A DNA stretch of 64,000 bases from a virus. This document shows, piece by piece, positions 10,558 to 20,178 of this stretch. Within the stretch, counting starts at the first letter, position 1. Each line of letters starts with the position of its first letter. The stretch is from the UHGV virus genome UHGV-0041314. One strand, written 5' to 3'. Under the pieces are notes generated by a model. It did no database searches, was not told the DNA's origin, and saw only the letters and a program-made list of their open reading frames with translations. The position numbers and the translations under genes were made by a program.

Positions 10558-10949
10558 TTAAGTTGAACCAAAAACAGTTAGAGTGGATTAAAGATTACGC
10601 TTCAGAGTGTGGCTCTTGTGAAAAGAATCACGTAAGATACTCAACATTCCGCACGACCTTTACATTGTACATCAGTGACAACGTTCTAAGTGATTCCGTA
10701 GAAGATGGTGCAGCGTTGCCTAATAAGTTGCTTGACAAATTAGTTGTAGTCACTGGAACTTGGTCTGAAGAAGACGGTCACGAATTATCTAACGATGTTG
10801 TCTTCTACAGTATTGAAAACATTATGAATCCAGAGTACATTATGTTAATGACTTGTGCACAAGACTGTGTGCCATTGCAAAACTTCATTAAAGAGCACTG
10901 TGAAGAGTTTATTACTAAACTGGTTCCTTATCAGGTGGTGTTTGAATGA
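10554..10949 (+). CDS. hypothetical protein
   Basis: track ORF, ATG start overlapping upstream stop. Confidence 0.4.
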   Translation: MIKLNQKQLEWIKDYASECGSCEKNHVRYSTFRTTFTLYISDNVLSDSVEDGAALPNKLLDKLVVVTGTWSEEDGHELSNDVVFYSIENIMNPEYIMLMTCAQDCVPLQNFIKEHCEEFITKLVPYQVVFE

Positions 10950-11008
10950 GTAAAACAATTCGAAGAAAAGGTTTAAATAATATTTATATGTATTGGTGAG
11001 GTGACTAG

Positions 11009-11494
11009 ATGAATTACATGGAGATTAGACCATTTGACACAACCAATGGCGAAGGGGTTCGTGTAAGCCTCTTTGTAGCTGGTTGTAAGCATCACTGTGA
11101 AGGCTGCTTTAACAGGGAGTCTTGGAAGTTTAATGCTGGTAAAGTGTTTACTTATGCAAACCTCTACGGCATTATTAAGTTAATGGATGATGAGGCCATC
11201 AGTGGGTTGTCAATACTTGGTGGAGAACCTCTGGATGATAGAAATATTCAAGAGGTTACCAACATATGCAAACGTATTAAAACTGTTTACCCAGAAAAAT
11301 CTATCTGGCTCTGGACAGGTTTTCAGTTACACGAAAAAATCCACCTAGATGTGATGAAATATGTTGACGTGGTGGTTGATGGTAAGTATGATTCATCTAA
11401 ACCAACAGTTAAACCATATCGTGGTTCTGATAACCAAAACCTCTGGAGAAAAGAGTATGGGTGGCAAGGCGATTGTCAATGGCGAGCAGAATAA
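11009..11494 (+). CDS. nrdG: anaerobic RNR activating enzyme (radical SAM)
   Basis: CKHHCEGC (CxxxCxxC) cluster near N-terminus; follows nrdD. Confidence 0.8.
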   Translation: MNYMEIRPFDTTNGEGVRVSLFVAGCKHHCEGCFNRESWKFNAGKVFTYANLYGIIKLMDDEAISGLSILGGEPLDDRNIQEVTNICKRIKTVYPEKSIWLWTGFQLHEKIHLDVMKYVDVVVDGKYDSSKPTVKPYRGSDNQNLWRKEYGWQGDCQWRAE

Positions 11495-11531
11495 ATCTCG
11501 CCGTAAAATTGGCTACGGAAAAGGTGAGATA

Positions 11532-11831
11532 ATGATTATCTCTTTCAACAGTGCCCTATTAGGCACTTATAAGGTTAAGACCGAACTCCTTGATGAGTGG
11601 AAAAAGTATACAAACTCACTCTTCGGTAATGTTGGAATGGAAGCCTTAGCAGAGATTGAGAAGGCTGGAACATTTGAAGTGATTGGTAAAGGCCACTTTA
11701 CAATGTTCTATAGAACAAATTTAAACGTTGGTGACAGTGTTGTTGGTGTCACTGAAGAAGAGCTTAAAACATTTTGTGAAAAGATTGAGAGAGAGAGAGA
11801 GATAAGAAATGGGAATCTGGAACAGTTTTAA
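11532..11831 (+). CDS. hypothetical protein
   Basis: track ORF 11361 overlaps nrdG; ATG 11532 with AAGGTGAG RBS. Confidence 0.35.
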   Translation: MIISFNSALLGTYKVKTELLDEWKKYTNSLFGNVGMEALAEIEKAGTFEVIGKGHFTMFYRTNLNVGDSVVGVTEEELKTFCEKIEREREIRNGNLEQF

Positions 11832-12066
11832 ATCAAAAGTAAAAGCAGCACTGGCATCACTAGGTATGCTCACTGGTGTTGATGTGACTCATCTCATGCA
11901 GAACTTCAAGATGGATGAGAAGTTGGCTAATGAGATTATGAAAAGTATCTATGTAGGCCGTGGTAAAGGTGGTAAGAAACAAGCACATCGACCAACTGGT
12001 GCAGCAGCTATTAAACGGGCAGCTAAGAAAGCTCGTAACCGTAAACGTAATAAGAAGGCTAAATAA
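11809..12066 (+). CDS. hypothetical protein with basic C-terminal tail
   Basis: track ORF; C-terminus KKARNRKRNKKAK. Confidence 0.35.
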   Translation: MGIWNSFKSKVKAALASLGMLTGVDVTHLMQNFKMDEKLANEIMKSIYVGRGKGGKKQAHRPTGAAAIKRAAKKARNRKRNKKAK

Positions 12067-12068
12067 TC

Positions 12069-12389
12069 ATGAGCAAAGTTTATAACACTCGTAAATTACA
12101 AATTTTCGTACTGTGCCAGTTTATGGCTAAAGAGTATAACTACTACTACTGTGGTACAGGGTTCATTAGTGACAATGACGGCTCATATCTACCGTTCAAA
12201 GAGGCTGTAAAACTCTTCAATGAAGAAGTAAGCTCTAAGAAAGATATCGAAAAGGTTAAGCTAACCTACAGTAAGAAAGATAAGAAGATTATCTGCCTAG
12301 ATAACTTTGTAAAAGTTACTGGAGAAGCAAAAGAGTTTATGGATGAGAGTGAGATTTCATTCACAAGCATCTTGAAAGTAGCTCAGTAA
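12069..12389 (+). CDS. hypothetical protein
   Basis: track ORF; terminator follows. Confidence 0.4.
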   Translation: MSKVYNTRKLQIFVLCQFMAKEYNYYYCGTGFISDNDGSYLPFKEAVKLFNEEVSSKKDIEKVKLTYSKKDKKIICLDNFVKVTGEAKEFMDESEISFTSILKVAQ

Positions 12390-12401
12390 ACAGATACTAT
12401 A

Positions 12402-12426
12402 AGGGAACTGTAAAGGTTCCCTTTTT
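12402..12426 (+). terminator. rho-independent terminator
   Basis: GGGAAC-TGTAAAG-GTTCCC then TTTTT. Confidence 0.6.
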
Positions 12427-12440
12427 ATTTTGGAGATAAC

Positions 12441-12956
12441 ATGTATCTGTCAAATCTGAAACGTTCGGCTGCAATGTCAGTGCTAAGACTCAGCTTTGAG
12501 GAACGTCAAGAGTTCATTGACTCCCACCAATACGACCCTTCTAACTCCAATCACATGATTCTCTGGAATCGTGATAGTACTCGTGAAAGAGCACTATTCC
12601 GCTATTACCCACACTACACCATAGACAACCTGTATGAATGTTTTGTTGTGAAGAACACCATTACAGTGCTCAATAAACTTTGTAGATACACAGGTAACCA
12701 GTCCTTCACATTAGGTCACCACAAACCTGTTACAAAAGGTGGCGAACATCACTGCGCAAACTGGTTTATCCAGACTAAACTTGATAACCAGAAGCAAGGC
12801 GATAGTCTTCTAAGTACTCCTAAGATGACCTATGAAGAGCAAGAGAGATATATCAAAAATAATATGCCAGATGTGCTTGACAACAACTATACAGATTTGG
12901 CAATATCTCTCCTGTTGAAGTTCGAGACAGTTTATAGGGCAACTTACAATGGCTAA
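12441..12956 (+). CDS. HNH endonuclease-like protein
   Basis: GHHKPVTKGGEHHCANW...NQKQGD resembles the HNH core (HH-x-P-x4-GG ... N ... N-x-K). Confidence 0.5.
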   Translation: MYLSNLKRSAAMSVLRLSFEERQEFIDSHQYDPSNSNHMILWNRDSTRERALFRYYPHYTIDNLYECFVVKNTITVLNKLCRYTGNQSFTLGHHKPVTKGGEHHCANWFIQTKLDNQKQGDSLLSTPKMTYEEQERYIKNNMPDVLDNNYTDLAISLLLKFETVYRATYNG

Positions 12957-13227
12957 AGAGAAGTGGGAGATTTTACCACTAGTCAGTGAGGGTGGTAATG
13001 GTTGTGAAATGTACATGATACGTGGTCATGTCCCAGAACCAATTGCACTTGAGATGGTGAACAATTTTACAGATGGCTCTTACAAAGACTTAGGAGAACC
13101 AACTGTCAAGCAACAATGGGTTAAACCTGTACCAGACAGCACAGGTAACTGTAGTGTACTTTATCACGTTGTAGACCCTGCAAAATGCAAATCTGCAATG
13201 GCAGTAACAAACGTAACTTTTGATTGA
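12949..13227 (+). CDS. hypothetical protein
   Basis: track ORF. Confidence 0.35.
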   Translation: MAKEKWEILPLVSEGGNGCEMYMIRGHVPEPIALEMVNNFTDGSYKDLGEPTVKQQWVKPVPDSTGNCSVLYHVVDPAKCKSAMAVTNVTFD

Positions 13228-13238
13228 GAGAGAAAATT

Positions 13239-14120
13239 ATGAAAACTATTATTGAAGCCGTTGTCACCGCACAAGAGAAATTCTTCCACACAGAAAAATT
13301 TAATATCATCCAATTTCCATCTGGAGAAATTGGTGGAAACTTCTCTGAAGACTTTGTTAAGTTTACTGAGCGTAATGCTGGTAAGGTTGACAATGTTATA
13401 TTGACTGTGCAGGGATATGATAAAGATACACTGTTTGCATTAGCTTTGGCTAAGGATGCCGTTGACAGTCTTGTTCCATACAAATCAGCGATGAAAACCG
13501 TTGTTTTCGGGTTCTTACCAAATGCTCGATATGACCGACATATGTTCAAAGGTGATTCAGCAGCACTGAAAGCTTTTGCCAACCTCGTTAAGGCAATGGG
13601 CTTTGATGCAGTGTGTGCTCTTGACCCTCACAGTAATGTGGCAGAAAACTTATTCAAGTGCTTTCAGAGCATGAAGCAAAAAGATGTAGCAGCACACTTT
13701 GCAAGTGACCCACGCATTGATTTCTTGGTAGCCCCAGATGCAGGTGCAGCTAAGAAGACTGAAGAGACTGCTAAAGAGGTAGATAAGCCATACATCACAA
13801 TGTCTAAAGTACGTAACCTTAAGACTGGTGAAATTACCGGTATGCGAATCCTTGATGATGTTGATTTGACAGATAAAACCGTCATGATTCTTGATGATAT
13901 TTGCGATGGGGGCCGAACCTTCATAGAAGCAGCTAAACATCTTCGTGAAGCAGGTGCAAAACGTGTGGAACTCTATGTAACTCATGGTATTTTCTCTAAA
14001 GGTGTTGAAAACTTACTTGACAATGGTATTGACCATATCTACACTACAAACACTTTAGGTGAAGCTAAAGACCGTGGCTTAACACATTATGGTCAGGTTA
14101 CTGTAGCAACAATTGATTAA
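13239..14120 (+). CDS. ribose-phosphate pyrophosphokinase (PRPP synthetase)-like; candidate ADPR-pyrophosphate synthetase (Adps-like)
   Basis: track ORF from TTG 13224; ATG 13239; PRPP-binding-type motif VMILDDICDGGRT; immediately upstream of Nampt-like gene. Confidence 0.8.
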   Translation: MKTIIEAVVTAQEKFFHTEKFNIIQFPSGEIGGNFSEDFVKFTERNAGKVDNVILTVQGYDKDTLFALALAKDAVDSLVPYKSAMKTVVFGFLPNARYDRHMFKGDSAALKAFANLVKAMGFDAVCALDPHSNVAENLFKCFQSMKQKDVAAHFASDPRIDFLVAPDAGAAKKTEETAKEVDKPYITMSKVRNLKTGEITGMRILDDVDLTDKTVMILDDICDGGRTFIEAAKHLREAGAKRVELYVTHGIFSKGVENLLDNGIDHIYTTNTLGEAKDRGLTHYGQVTVATID

Positions 14121-14129
14121 AACTTTATA

Positions 14130-14150
14130 GGGGCTTGTAAGCCCCATTTT
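14130..14150 (+). terminator. terminator-like hairpin after PRPP-synthetase-like gene
   Basis: GGGGCT-TGTA-AGCCCC then ATTTT. Confidence 0.4.
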
Positions 14151-14165
14151 GAGAGAGATTAAAAG

Positions 14166-15947
14166 ATGACTAAATCACTTTATGCAGTACCAGCAGGTTT
14201 AAACGCAGATGCTTACAAATCTGGTCACATCTACCAGTATCCTAGCGCAACAGAGTACTTGATGTTCAACCTGACACCACGTAGTGACAAATGGTTTAAC
14301 AGCCCCTTAGCAATTGATGGTGTAGTTGCTTTCGGTATTCAACGTTTTGTTAAAGATTACCTGATAGACCACTGGAACGCCACCTTCTTCGAACGTGACA
14401 AAAAAGAAGCAATTGATGAAATCTTAGAAGTCATGAACGGTGTTCTGGGTAAAGATGCTATTGGTCGAGAACATTGGGAAGCACTCCACGACTTAGGTTA
14501 TCTACCAGTTGAAGTATACGCTGTAGAAGAAGGCACAGTTGTCCCTATGCGTGTACCAATGATTGTCTTCCAGAACACTGTTTCAGGTTTCCATTGGGTA
14601 GCGGGGTATCTGGAAGATGCTTTCTCTGCTGAGATTTGGAAGGCTTGTACCATTGCAACTATTGCATTGCACTACAAACGTATCTGTAAGAAGTGGGCTG
14701 ACCTTACTTGTGACAACGACTTGCATTTACCTTATCAGTGCCATGACTTTGCTATGCGTGGTATGTCTGGCTTTACTGATGACGCATTTAACGCTGTAGG
14801 TCACTTAACCAGCTTTAAAGGAACTGATAGCTTCCCTGCTGTATACACGGCTAAACGCATCTATGGACAGTCCTACCCAATCTCTGATATTGGTAGTTCT
14901 GTACCAGCCACTGAACATTCTGTAATGTGTGCAAACATTGCTTGGGAAGGTGGTAACGAGTTGATTGAAGAAGAAAGACGCTTTAAAGGTGAGTTACAAA
15001 CCTTCCGTCGTTTCTTAACAGAAACTTACCCAACTGGTATTGCAAGTGTTGTTTCAGATACTTATAACTTCTGGAGAACTGTATCAGTCATATTGCCAGA
15101 ACTCCGTAAAGAGATTATGGAACGTGATGGCAAACTGGTAATTCGTCCTGATTCTGGAGACCCTGTACATATTGTCACAGGATACAAAGCAATCCATTTA
15201 GAGTGTGCTAAAAAGGCTTATTACGAACACCTAAGTAAGCTGGAAGCCAGCGACACAATGCTGAATGCTGTTCTGAACATGAAGCTTGAAAACATCAATT
15301 ATGGTATTGCTGGATGGCTACTGTCAGAAGGTTACGAAATGGTTGTTGACAGAGAAGACTTTGAAGTTGCTGATACAGTGCTGTTGAAAAATGCTTATAT
15401 GGTTGGTTCTGCAAACGTTGTAACACGTCCTGTAGCGGAGATTGATGGAGCTATCAAGACACTGTATAACATCTTTGGAGGAACTATCAACTCTAAAGGT
15501 TTTAAGGTACTGGATGAGCACATTGGCCTTATCTATGGTGACTCTATCACGTTGGAACGTGCAAACGAAATCCTGAAGCGTTTGTATGAAATGGGTTTTG
15601 CAAGTTCTAACGTAGTGTTTGGTGTAGGTTCTTACACTTACCAGTACATGACTCGTGACACCTTTGCATTTGCTGTCAAAGCAACTCTTGCAAGCATTGG
15701 TGGTAAAGAGATTATGCTTGCAAAAGACCCTAAAACAGACAGTGGTATTAAGAAGTCTGCTTTTGGTGGTGTAGCCCCTATGTGGGATGGTGAGAATCTG
15801 AAAGCTGTAGATGGCTATGGATTCCAGAGTTTTGCAGATGCACTTGAGCATCCAGCTTGTGCTTTACGTCTAGTCTTTAGCGACTCTGAGCAGTTCGGTT
15901 ACACAACTCTTGGTGATATTCGAAATAATATTGACAAGCAGCTTTAA
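14166..15947 (+). CDS. nicotinamide phosphoribosyltransferase (Nampt/NadV)-like; candidate Namat
   Basis: 593 aa; N-terminal DAYKSGHIYQYP resembles the Nampt N-terminal motif; operon partner of PRPP-synthetase-like gene. Confidence 0.8.
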   Translation: MTKSLYAVPAGLNADAYKSGHIYQYPSATEYLMFNLTPRSDKWFNSPLAIDGVVAFGIQRFVKDYLIDHWNATFFERDKKEAIDEILEVMNGVLGKDAIGREHWEALHDLGYLPVEVYAVEEGTVVPMRVPMIVFQNTVSGFHWVAGYLEDAFSAEIWKACTIATIALHYKRICKKWADLTCDNDLHLPYQCHDFAMRGMSGFTDDAFNAVGHLTSFKGTDSFPAVYTAKRIYGQSYPISDIGSSVPATEHSVMCANIAWEGGNELIEEERRFKGELQTFRRFLTETYPTGIASVVSDTYNFWRTVSVILPELRKEIMERDGKLVIRPDSGDPVHIVTGYKAIHLECAKKAYYEHLSKLEASDTMLNAVLNMKLENINYGIAGWLLSEGYEMVVDREDFEVADTVLLKNAYMVGSANVVTRPVAEIDGAIKTLYNIFGGTINSKGFKVLDEHIGLIYGDSITLERANEILKRLYEMGFASSNVVFGVGSYTYQYMTRDTFAFAVKATLASIGGKEIMLAKDPKTDSGIKKSAFGGVAPMWDGENLKAVDGYGFQSFADALEHPACALRLVFSDSEQFGYTTLGDIRNNIDKQL

Positions 15948-15961
15948 AAGTATATGATAAG

Positions 15962-15984
15962 AGGCTCCTACGGGAGCCTTTTTA
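15962..15984 (+). terminator. rho-independent terminator after Nampt-like gene
   Basis: GGCTCC-TACG-GGAGCC then TTTTT. Confidence 0.6.
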
Positions 15985-16000
15985 ATTTCTGGAGAAGATT

Positions 16001-16336
16001 ATGAAAATCAAAGAGATGAACATCAACATTGTCTTAGAAGAGCGTTGGGAGAACATCAAGAAGCCTGAAAATGGTCATAAGTTCCTCAATAAAATCTTAG
16101 TAGCAGCTAAAGAAGAACTGACTGGCAAGATTGCAGCAGCAATCACAATAAAAGTTTGTGTAAAAGGTCTTCCAGACCATCACCAATTTGCACTTGACGA
16201 GTTTAAAGAGAGCTTCTACAATCCAAACAAACAGATGCTTGAAAGTAACTTTGCAGTATCTACAAGTATCGTACATGACAGAAGCTTTATCCTTTACAAG
16301 AATATGAGAGGTGAGTCATGCAAGCATATTGGATAG
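16001..16336 (+). CDS. hypothetical protein
   Basis: track ORF with GGAGA RBS. Confidence 0.4.
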   Translation: MKIKEMNINIVLEERWENIKKPENGHKFLNKILVAAKEELTGKIAAAITIKVCVKGLPDHHQFALDEFKESFYNPNKQMLESNFAVSTSIVHDRSFILYKNMRGESCKHIG

Positions 16337-16491
16337 AAATTTTACTGTCACTTGGTAGTGTAGCAGTTCTTGTTTACCTTCTTTGTAAGTACTTTGCAGA
16401 ACACAAAAAATGTGACTACTGTAATGGAGAAGGCTATACAAGAGCAGGTTGTTGCCCTATGTGTGGTGGTTCTGGTAAAATGTTTAATAAG
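16318..16491 (+). CDS. small membrane-anchored zinc-ribbon protein (57 aa), not in ORF track
   Basis: my translation: MQAYWIEILLSLGSVAVLVYLLCKYFAEHKKCDYCNGEGYTRAGCCPMCGGSGKMFNK; TM helix plus CxxC-x10-CxxC. Confidence 0.3.
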
Positions 16492-16522
16492 TAATTTAAC
16501 AGTAAACTAAGAGGAAAGTATT

Positions 16523-18889
16523 ATGCGCATGGTAAACGACCACGCAGAAGTGATTAAGAGTTCAACTTCTTTAGAGACGTCTCAGGCACAGATTACAATG
16601 ACACCTGAAATGTTCAGCCTTCTGAGTTCTGGTGTATATACCTTTAAAGAAAGGGCAGTGATTCGTGAACTGTCATGCAACGCAGTAGATGCTCAGAAAG
16701 AAGCTGGAAAAGAGAACATCCCGTTCCATGTGCATTTACCTACTCGTTTTGAGCCTTACTTTGAAGTTCGTGATTTTGGAACTGGTTTGACTCATGATAA
16801 AGTTATGAGTTTGTATCTAAACTACGGGGCTTCTACGAAGAATGACTCCAATGACTACATTGGTGCAATGGGTATCGGTTCAAAATCTCCATTTGCAATT
16901 GCTCAGTCATTCACAGTATCTAGCTATGTTGATGGTGTTGTTAATAAGTACTCTGTTTACCTTGAGAATGGTATCCCTCAAGTAACTAAGCTGACCACCA
17001 ACCCAACAAAAGAGCCTAATGGTTTAGCTGTACGTGTAGCAGTTGCTGACCATCGTATTTCAAAGTTCTTTGAAGAGGCTGGTCACGTATACTCATACTT
17101 TGCTGTAAAGCCAGAAAGTAATATTGTATATGATGACGTGTTAGCAGATATGAATGTCATTGCTCGTGAAGAAGGTGTTTATGACGCTATGATTCATAAG
17201 CAAAGCTGGCGTTCTAGTGGTAACAGGACAGAGTTTAATGTGGTGATGGGTAACATTGCCTACCCTGTTAACATGGAAGCACTGCTTGGTGATGATTTCT
17301 TCAAAGTCTTGCCAGAGTTTTTCCGTAGGAGCGTAGACCTTGTAAACATCTATATGCCTATTGGTTCAGTTGCTATTGCAGCTTCTCGTGAAGCATTGCA
17401 GATGAATGATACAACAAAAAATGTTATCATTGAGGCTACTAAAAAGATAACTGAAGCAATCACAAAGGATGTTATCAAGAAAGTTAATAGTCAACCTACA
17501 CTCATGGATGCTGCACAGGCTTATGCTGAGTTACGTTTGAACTCACGAGAGATGTTTAATGCTGTGTGTCCAAAGCTAGAGTGGGGTGGTGTTAAGCTTG
17601 ATTCTCTGGAAGAAGAATTACTAAACATTCGTCGTGGAATTATCTACGCAGAAGACGGCTCAGTCATTTACGAACGTGACGGTAAAGGTAATATTAAGGT
17701 TGATAGGAACGGGAACAATATCCCTAAAGTAGATTATCTTTATGACCCAGTTGCTTATGTCAAGTTCAACTCTTTAGAGAGTAAGATTCGTGCAACATCG
17801 CTTTCCTACACTCAAGAGGCAAGCATGTTCAATATCTTTGGCGCAATGCGTAAAAGTCAAATTGAACAGTTTTTGTTTGTTATAAATGACCGTCGAAATA
17901 AAAACGGTACTGAGAAGACTGTAGGACGCAACCAAATCTTGCGTGGTGCATGTCGAGACTATGCCAGTGAGTCAAGTCTGTTTCACAGATACAATGGTAT
18001 TGTCTTTGTATTCTCTACAGAGAAAGAGCTAGACGACTTAATCAATCTGCACAAACTTGATAAAAGCTTGTTAAAGACTGTGAAGATGTCTGATAAGGAA
18101 CATCATTATCAGCGTAAAGAAGCTGTAAGAGGTGTTGTAAAACTCTGGAAAGCTGTTCCAGCAGAAGGTGTAGCTTCCTATAAAGAGGTGTCAGAAGACT
18201 TAGATACAATTGAAGAGCCTCAGCTTTATATTAAGGCAGTAGGCGACACAGTTGATGGCGAATGTTTTTGCTCATCTCCAGAAGATGTAGCTAAGTCAGT
18301 TGCCAATGTCATTGGAAAGACAGTATATGTTTTCCGAAAAGCAAATTGGAAAAAGATACCAGAAGACTGGATTGAAGTAGATGAGAAGCTCTTGAATGAC
18401 AGCTTAACTGATGTTCACTGGATTAACCATAACAGGTATATGACACGTATCTATATGAATGGTGTCCTTGACCTTACAAGCAGTTGGATTATTGCCAGAA
18501 ACTTTACGTTCAATAACAGGAAGATTTCTCGTGGCTATTGTTATTCGCGGGATACAAACAAAACTATCTTCTTAGAAGGTAATGAAGATGCTGTAGAGGC
18601 AATGTTTGGTAAAATCCAATACGTTGCTGCACCGTTTGCATACACTTACACTATTAGCGTGTTGCAAGATTTGAAAAGTTGTCTTGATAATGATACAAAG
18701 CTTTACAAGAAAATTAAGAAAGCTGGTGACCGCATGGTCATTAAGGTGACAAACTACCTTTCAAAAAGAAAACAAGAAAACTTCTTGCTTTCTCATTTAG
18801 ATTGGAATAAAGTGTCACCCATCGAAGTGAGTAAGTTCTTAGGCTTTGATGTGAAGTGTGTTCCAGAAGGGACTACAATTTACGATTAA
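16523..18889 (+). CDS. rIIA: rIIA-like protein (GHKL ATPase fold)
   Basis: 788 aa; N-terminal RAVIRELSCNAVDA, RDFGTG and DYIGAMGIGSKSPF motifs as I recall them from T4 rIIA; followed by rIIB-like gene. Confidence 0.75.
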   Translation: MRMVNDHAEVIKSSTSLETSQAQITMTPEMFSLLSSGVYTFKERAVIRELSCNAVDAQKEAGKENIPFHVHLPTRFEPYFEVRDFGTGLTHDKVMSLYLNYGASTKNDSNDYIGAMGIGSKSPFAIAQSFTVSSYVDGVVNKYSVYLENGIPQVTKLTTNPTKEPNGLAVRVAVADHRISKFFEEAGHVYSYFAVKPESNIVYDDVLADMNVIAREEGVYDAMIHKQSWRSSGNRTEFNVVMGNIAYPVNMEALLGDDFFKVLPEFFRRSVDLVNIYMPIGSVAIAASREALQMNDTTKNVIIEATKKITEAITKDVIKKVNSQPTLMDAAQAYAELRLNSREMFNAVCPKLEWGGVKLDSLEEELLNIRRGIIYAEDGSVIYERDGKGNIKVDRNGNNIPKVDYLYDPVAYVKFNSLESKIRATSLSYTQEASMFNIFGAMRKSQIEQFLFVINDRRNKNGTEKTVGRNQILRGACRDYASESSLFHRYNGIVFVFSTEKELDDLINLHKLDKSLLKTVKMSDKEHHYQRKEAVRGVVKLWKAVPAEGVASYKEVSEDLDTIEEPQLYIKAVGDTVDGECFCSSPEDVAKSVANVIGKTVYVFRKANWKKIPEDWIEVDEKLLNDSLTDVHWINHNRYMTRIYMNGVLDLTSSWIIARNFTFNNRKISRGYCYSRDTNKTIFLEGNEDAVEAMFGKIQYVAAPFAYTYTISVLQDLKSCLDNDTKLYKKIKKAGDRMVIKVTNYLSKRKQENFLLSHLDWNKVSPIEVSKFLGFDVKCVPEGTTIYD

Positions 18890-18968
18890 AGTGTTTGACA
18901 AGGGGCTTTGAAGCCCCTTAGAATAGCCTTACAAAATGATTTATTAACTAACAAGAGAGAGTAATAAG

Positions 18969-20078
18969 ATGACTACTAAGACTAAAGCACAGATTGACGC
19001 AGAAATTTACGAACTGGTTAAAGAAGGTAAGCTGACTAAAACAGCTATTGCACAGAAGTTCAATACTTCAACCCGTTCAGTTGGTCGTGCTGTAGAGCGT
19101 CATGAAGCAACCTTAAAAGGTAAGAAGAAGGTGACTTCTACACCAGCTAAGAAGACCCTAAAGCAAGTTGCTAAGTCAGTTAAAAAGAAAGCTGGCAAAC
19201 CAGTTGAAAAGGCCGTTAAAGATGCTGTACAGAAAGCTCCAGTAAATAAACTGCATGAAGCTATGCAGAAAGATGATAAGATTGAGTACATGATTACTGG
19301 TGACTCTGTAATTATGACTTACGGTTCAGAATCTGAAATTGTTGAGTCTACTCATCCGAACTATCAAGAAATTGTAGTTCATGTTGTGAAAGGTGAGTTC
19401 AAGAAAGCATTTGAACTAATGAACATTCGTAAGTCTATCGAAAACTTCACTCAGGGTGCTATCACAATCAAAGGCGATAAGCTCTTCTACGGTGCTGTTG
19501 AGATGCGTTCTACTCTGGTTGACCGTATTCTTCATATGATGAAAACTGGTGATAAAGGTTTTGAACGACTTGTAATGTTCTTCGAAAAACTGATGGAAAA
19601 CCCATCTAAAGATTCTGTAGAACAACTTTGGGGATTTGTATCACACCTTGATGTTGAAATTGATGAAGAAGGCTACATCATTGGTTGGAAGAAAGTCTCT
19701 ACTCGTGAAGGCAAGCTGGTTGACTCTCACACCTACAAAGTGCCTAATGATTTGGGTAACATTGTAGAGATGCCACGTTGGATGGTTGATAACAACCGTA
19801 ACGTAACTTGCTCTCAAGGTCTTCATGTTGGTGCTTGGGATTATGTTCGTTGCTTCTCAGGTGATACCATCCTGAAGGTTCGTGTCCATCCACGAGATGT
19901 TGTATCTGTTCCAACTGATTACAACGATATGAAGATGCGTTCCTCTCGTTATGAAGTTGCAGCAATCGTTGATAATCAACGTAAAGTGCTGAAAGCATGG
20001 GATGGTAAGACTGAAGCTTTGCATGTCATCGTTGGTACTGCTGGTGAACTTATCTCTCAACGTAAACGTGAAATCTAA
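18969..20078 (+). CDS. rIIB: rIIB-like protein
   Basis: 369 aa; C-terminal RVHPRDVVSVPTDYNDMKMR resembles the T4 rIIB segment as I recall it; adjacent to rIIA. Confidence 0.75.
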   Translation: MTTKTKAQIDAEIYELVKEGKLTKTAIAQKFNTSTRSVGRAVERHEATLKGKKKVTSTPAKKTLKQVAKSVKKKAGKPVEKAVKDAVQKAPVNKLHEAMQKDDKIEYMITGDSVIMTYGSESEIVESTHPNYQEIVVHVVKGEFKKAFELMNIRKSIENFTQGAITIKGDKLFYGAVEMRSTLVDRILHMMKTGDKGFERLVMFFEKLMENPSKDSVEQLWGFVSHLDVEIDEEGYIIGWKKVSTREGKLVDSHTYKVPNDLGNIVEMPRWMVDNNRNVTCSQGLHVGAWDYVRCFSGDTILKVRVHPRDVVSVPTDYNDMKMRSSRYEVAAIVDNQRKVLKAWDGKTEALHVIVGTAGELISQRKREI

Positions 20079-20095
20079 TAAGTAATTTCTTAAAA

Positions 20096-20117
20096 GGCTG
20101 CTTCGGCGGCCTTTTTT
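20096..20117 (+). terminator. rho-independent terminator after rIIB
   Basis: GGCTGC-TTCG-GCGGCC then TTTTTT. Confidence 0.6.
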
Positions 20118-20178
20118 ATGTGTATTTTGTGCAGAGTGCTGTATAATTGTTGTCACGATAAACTAAACAGGAGAACCA

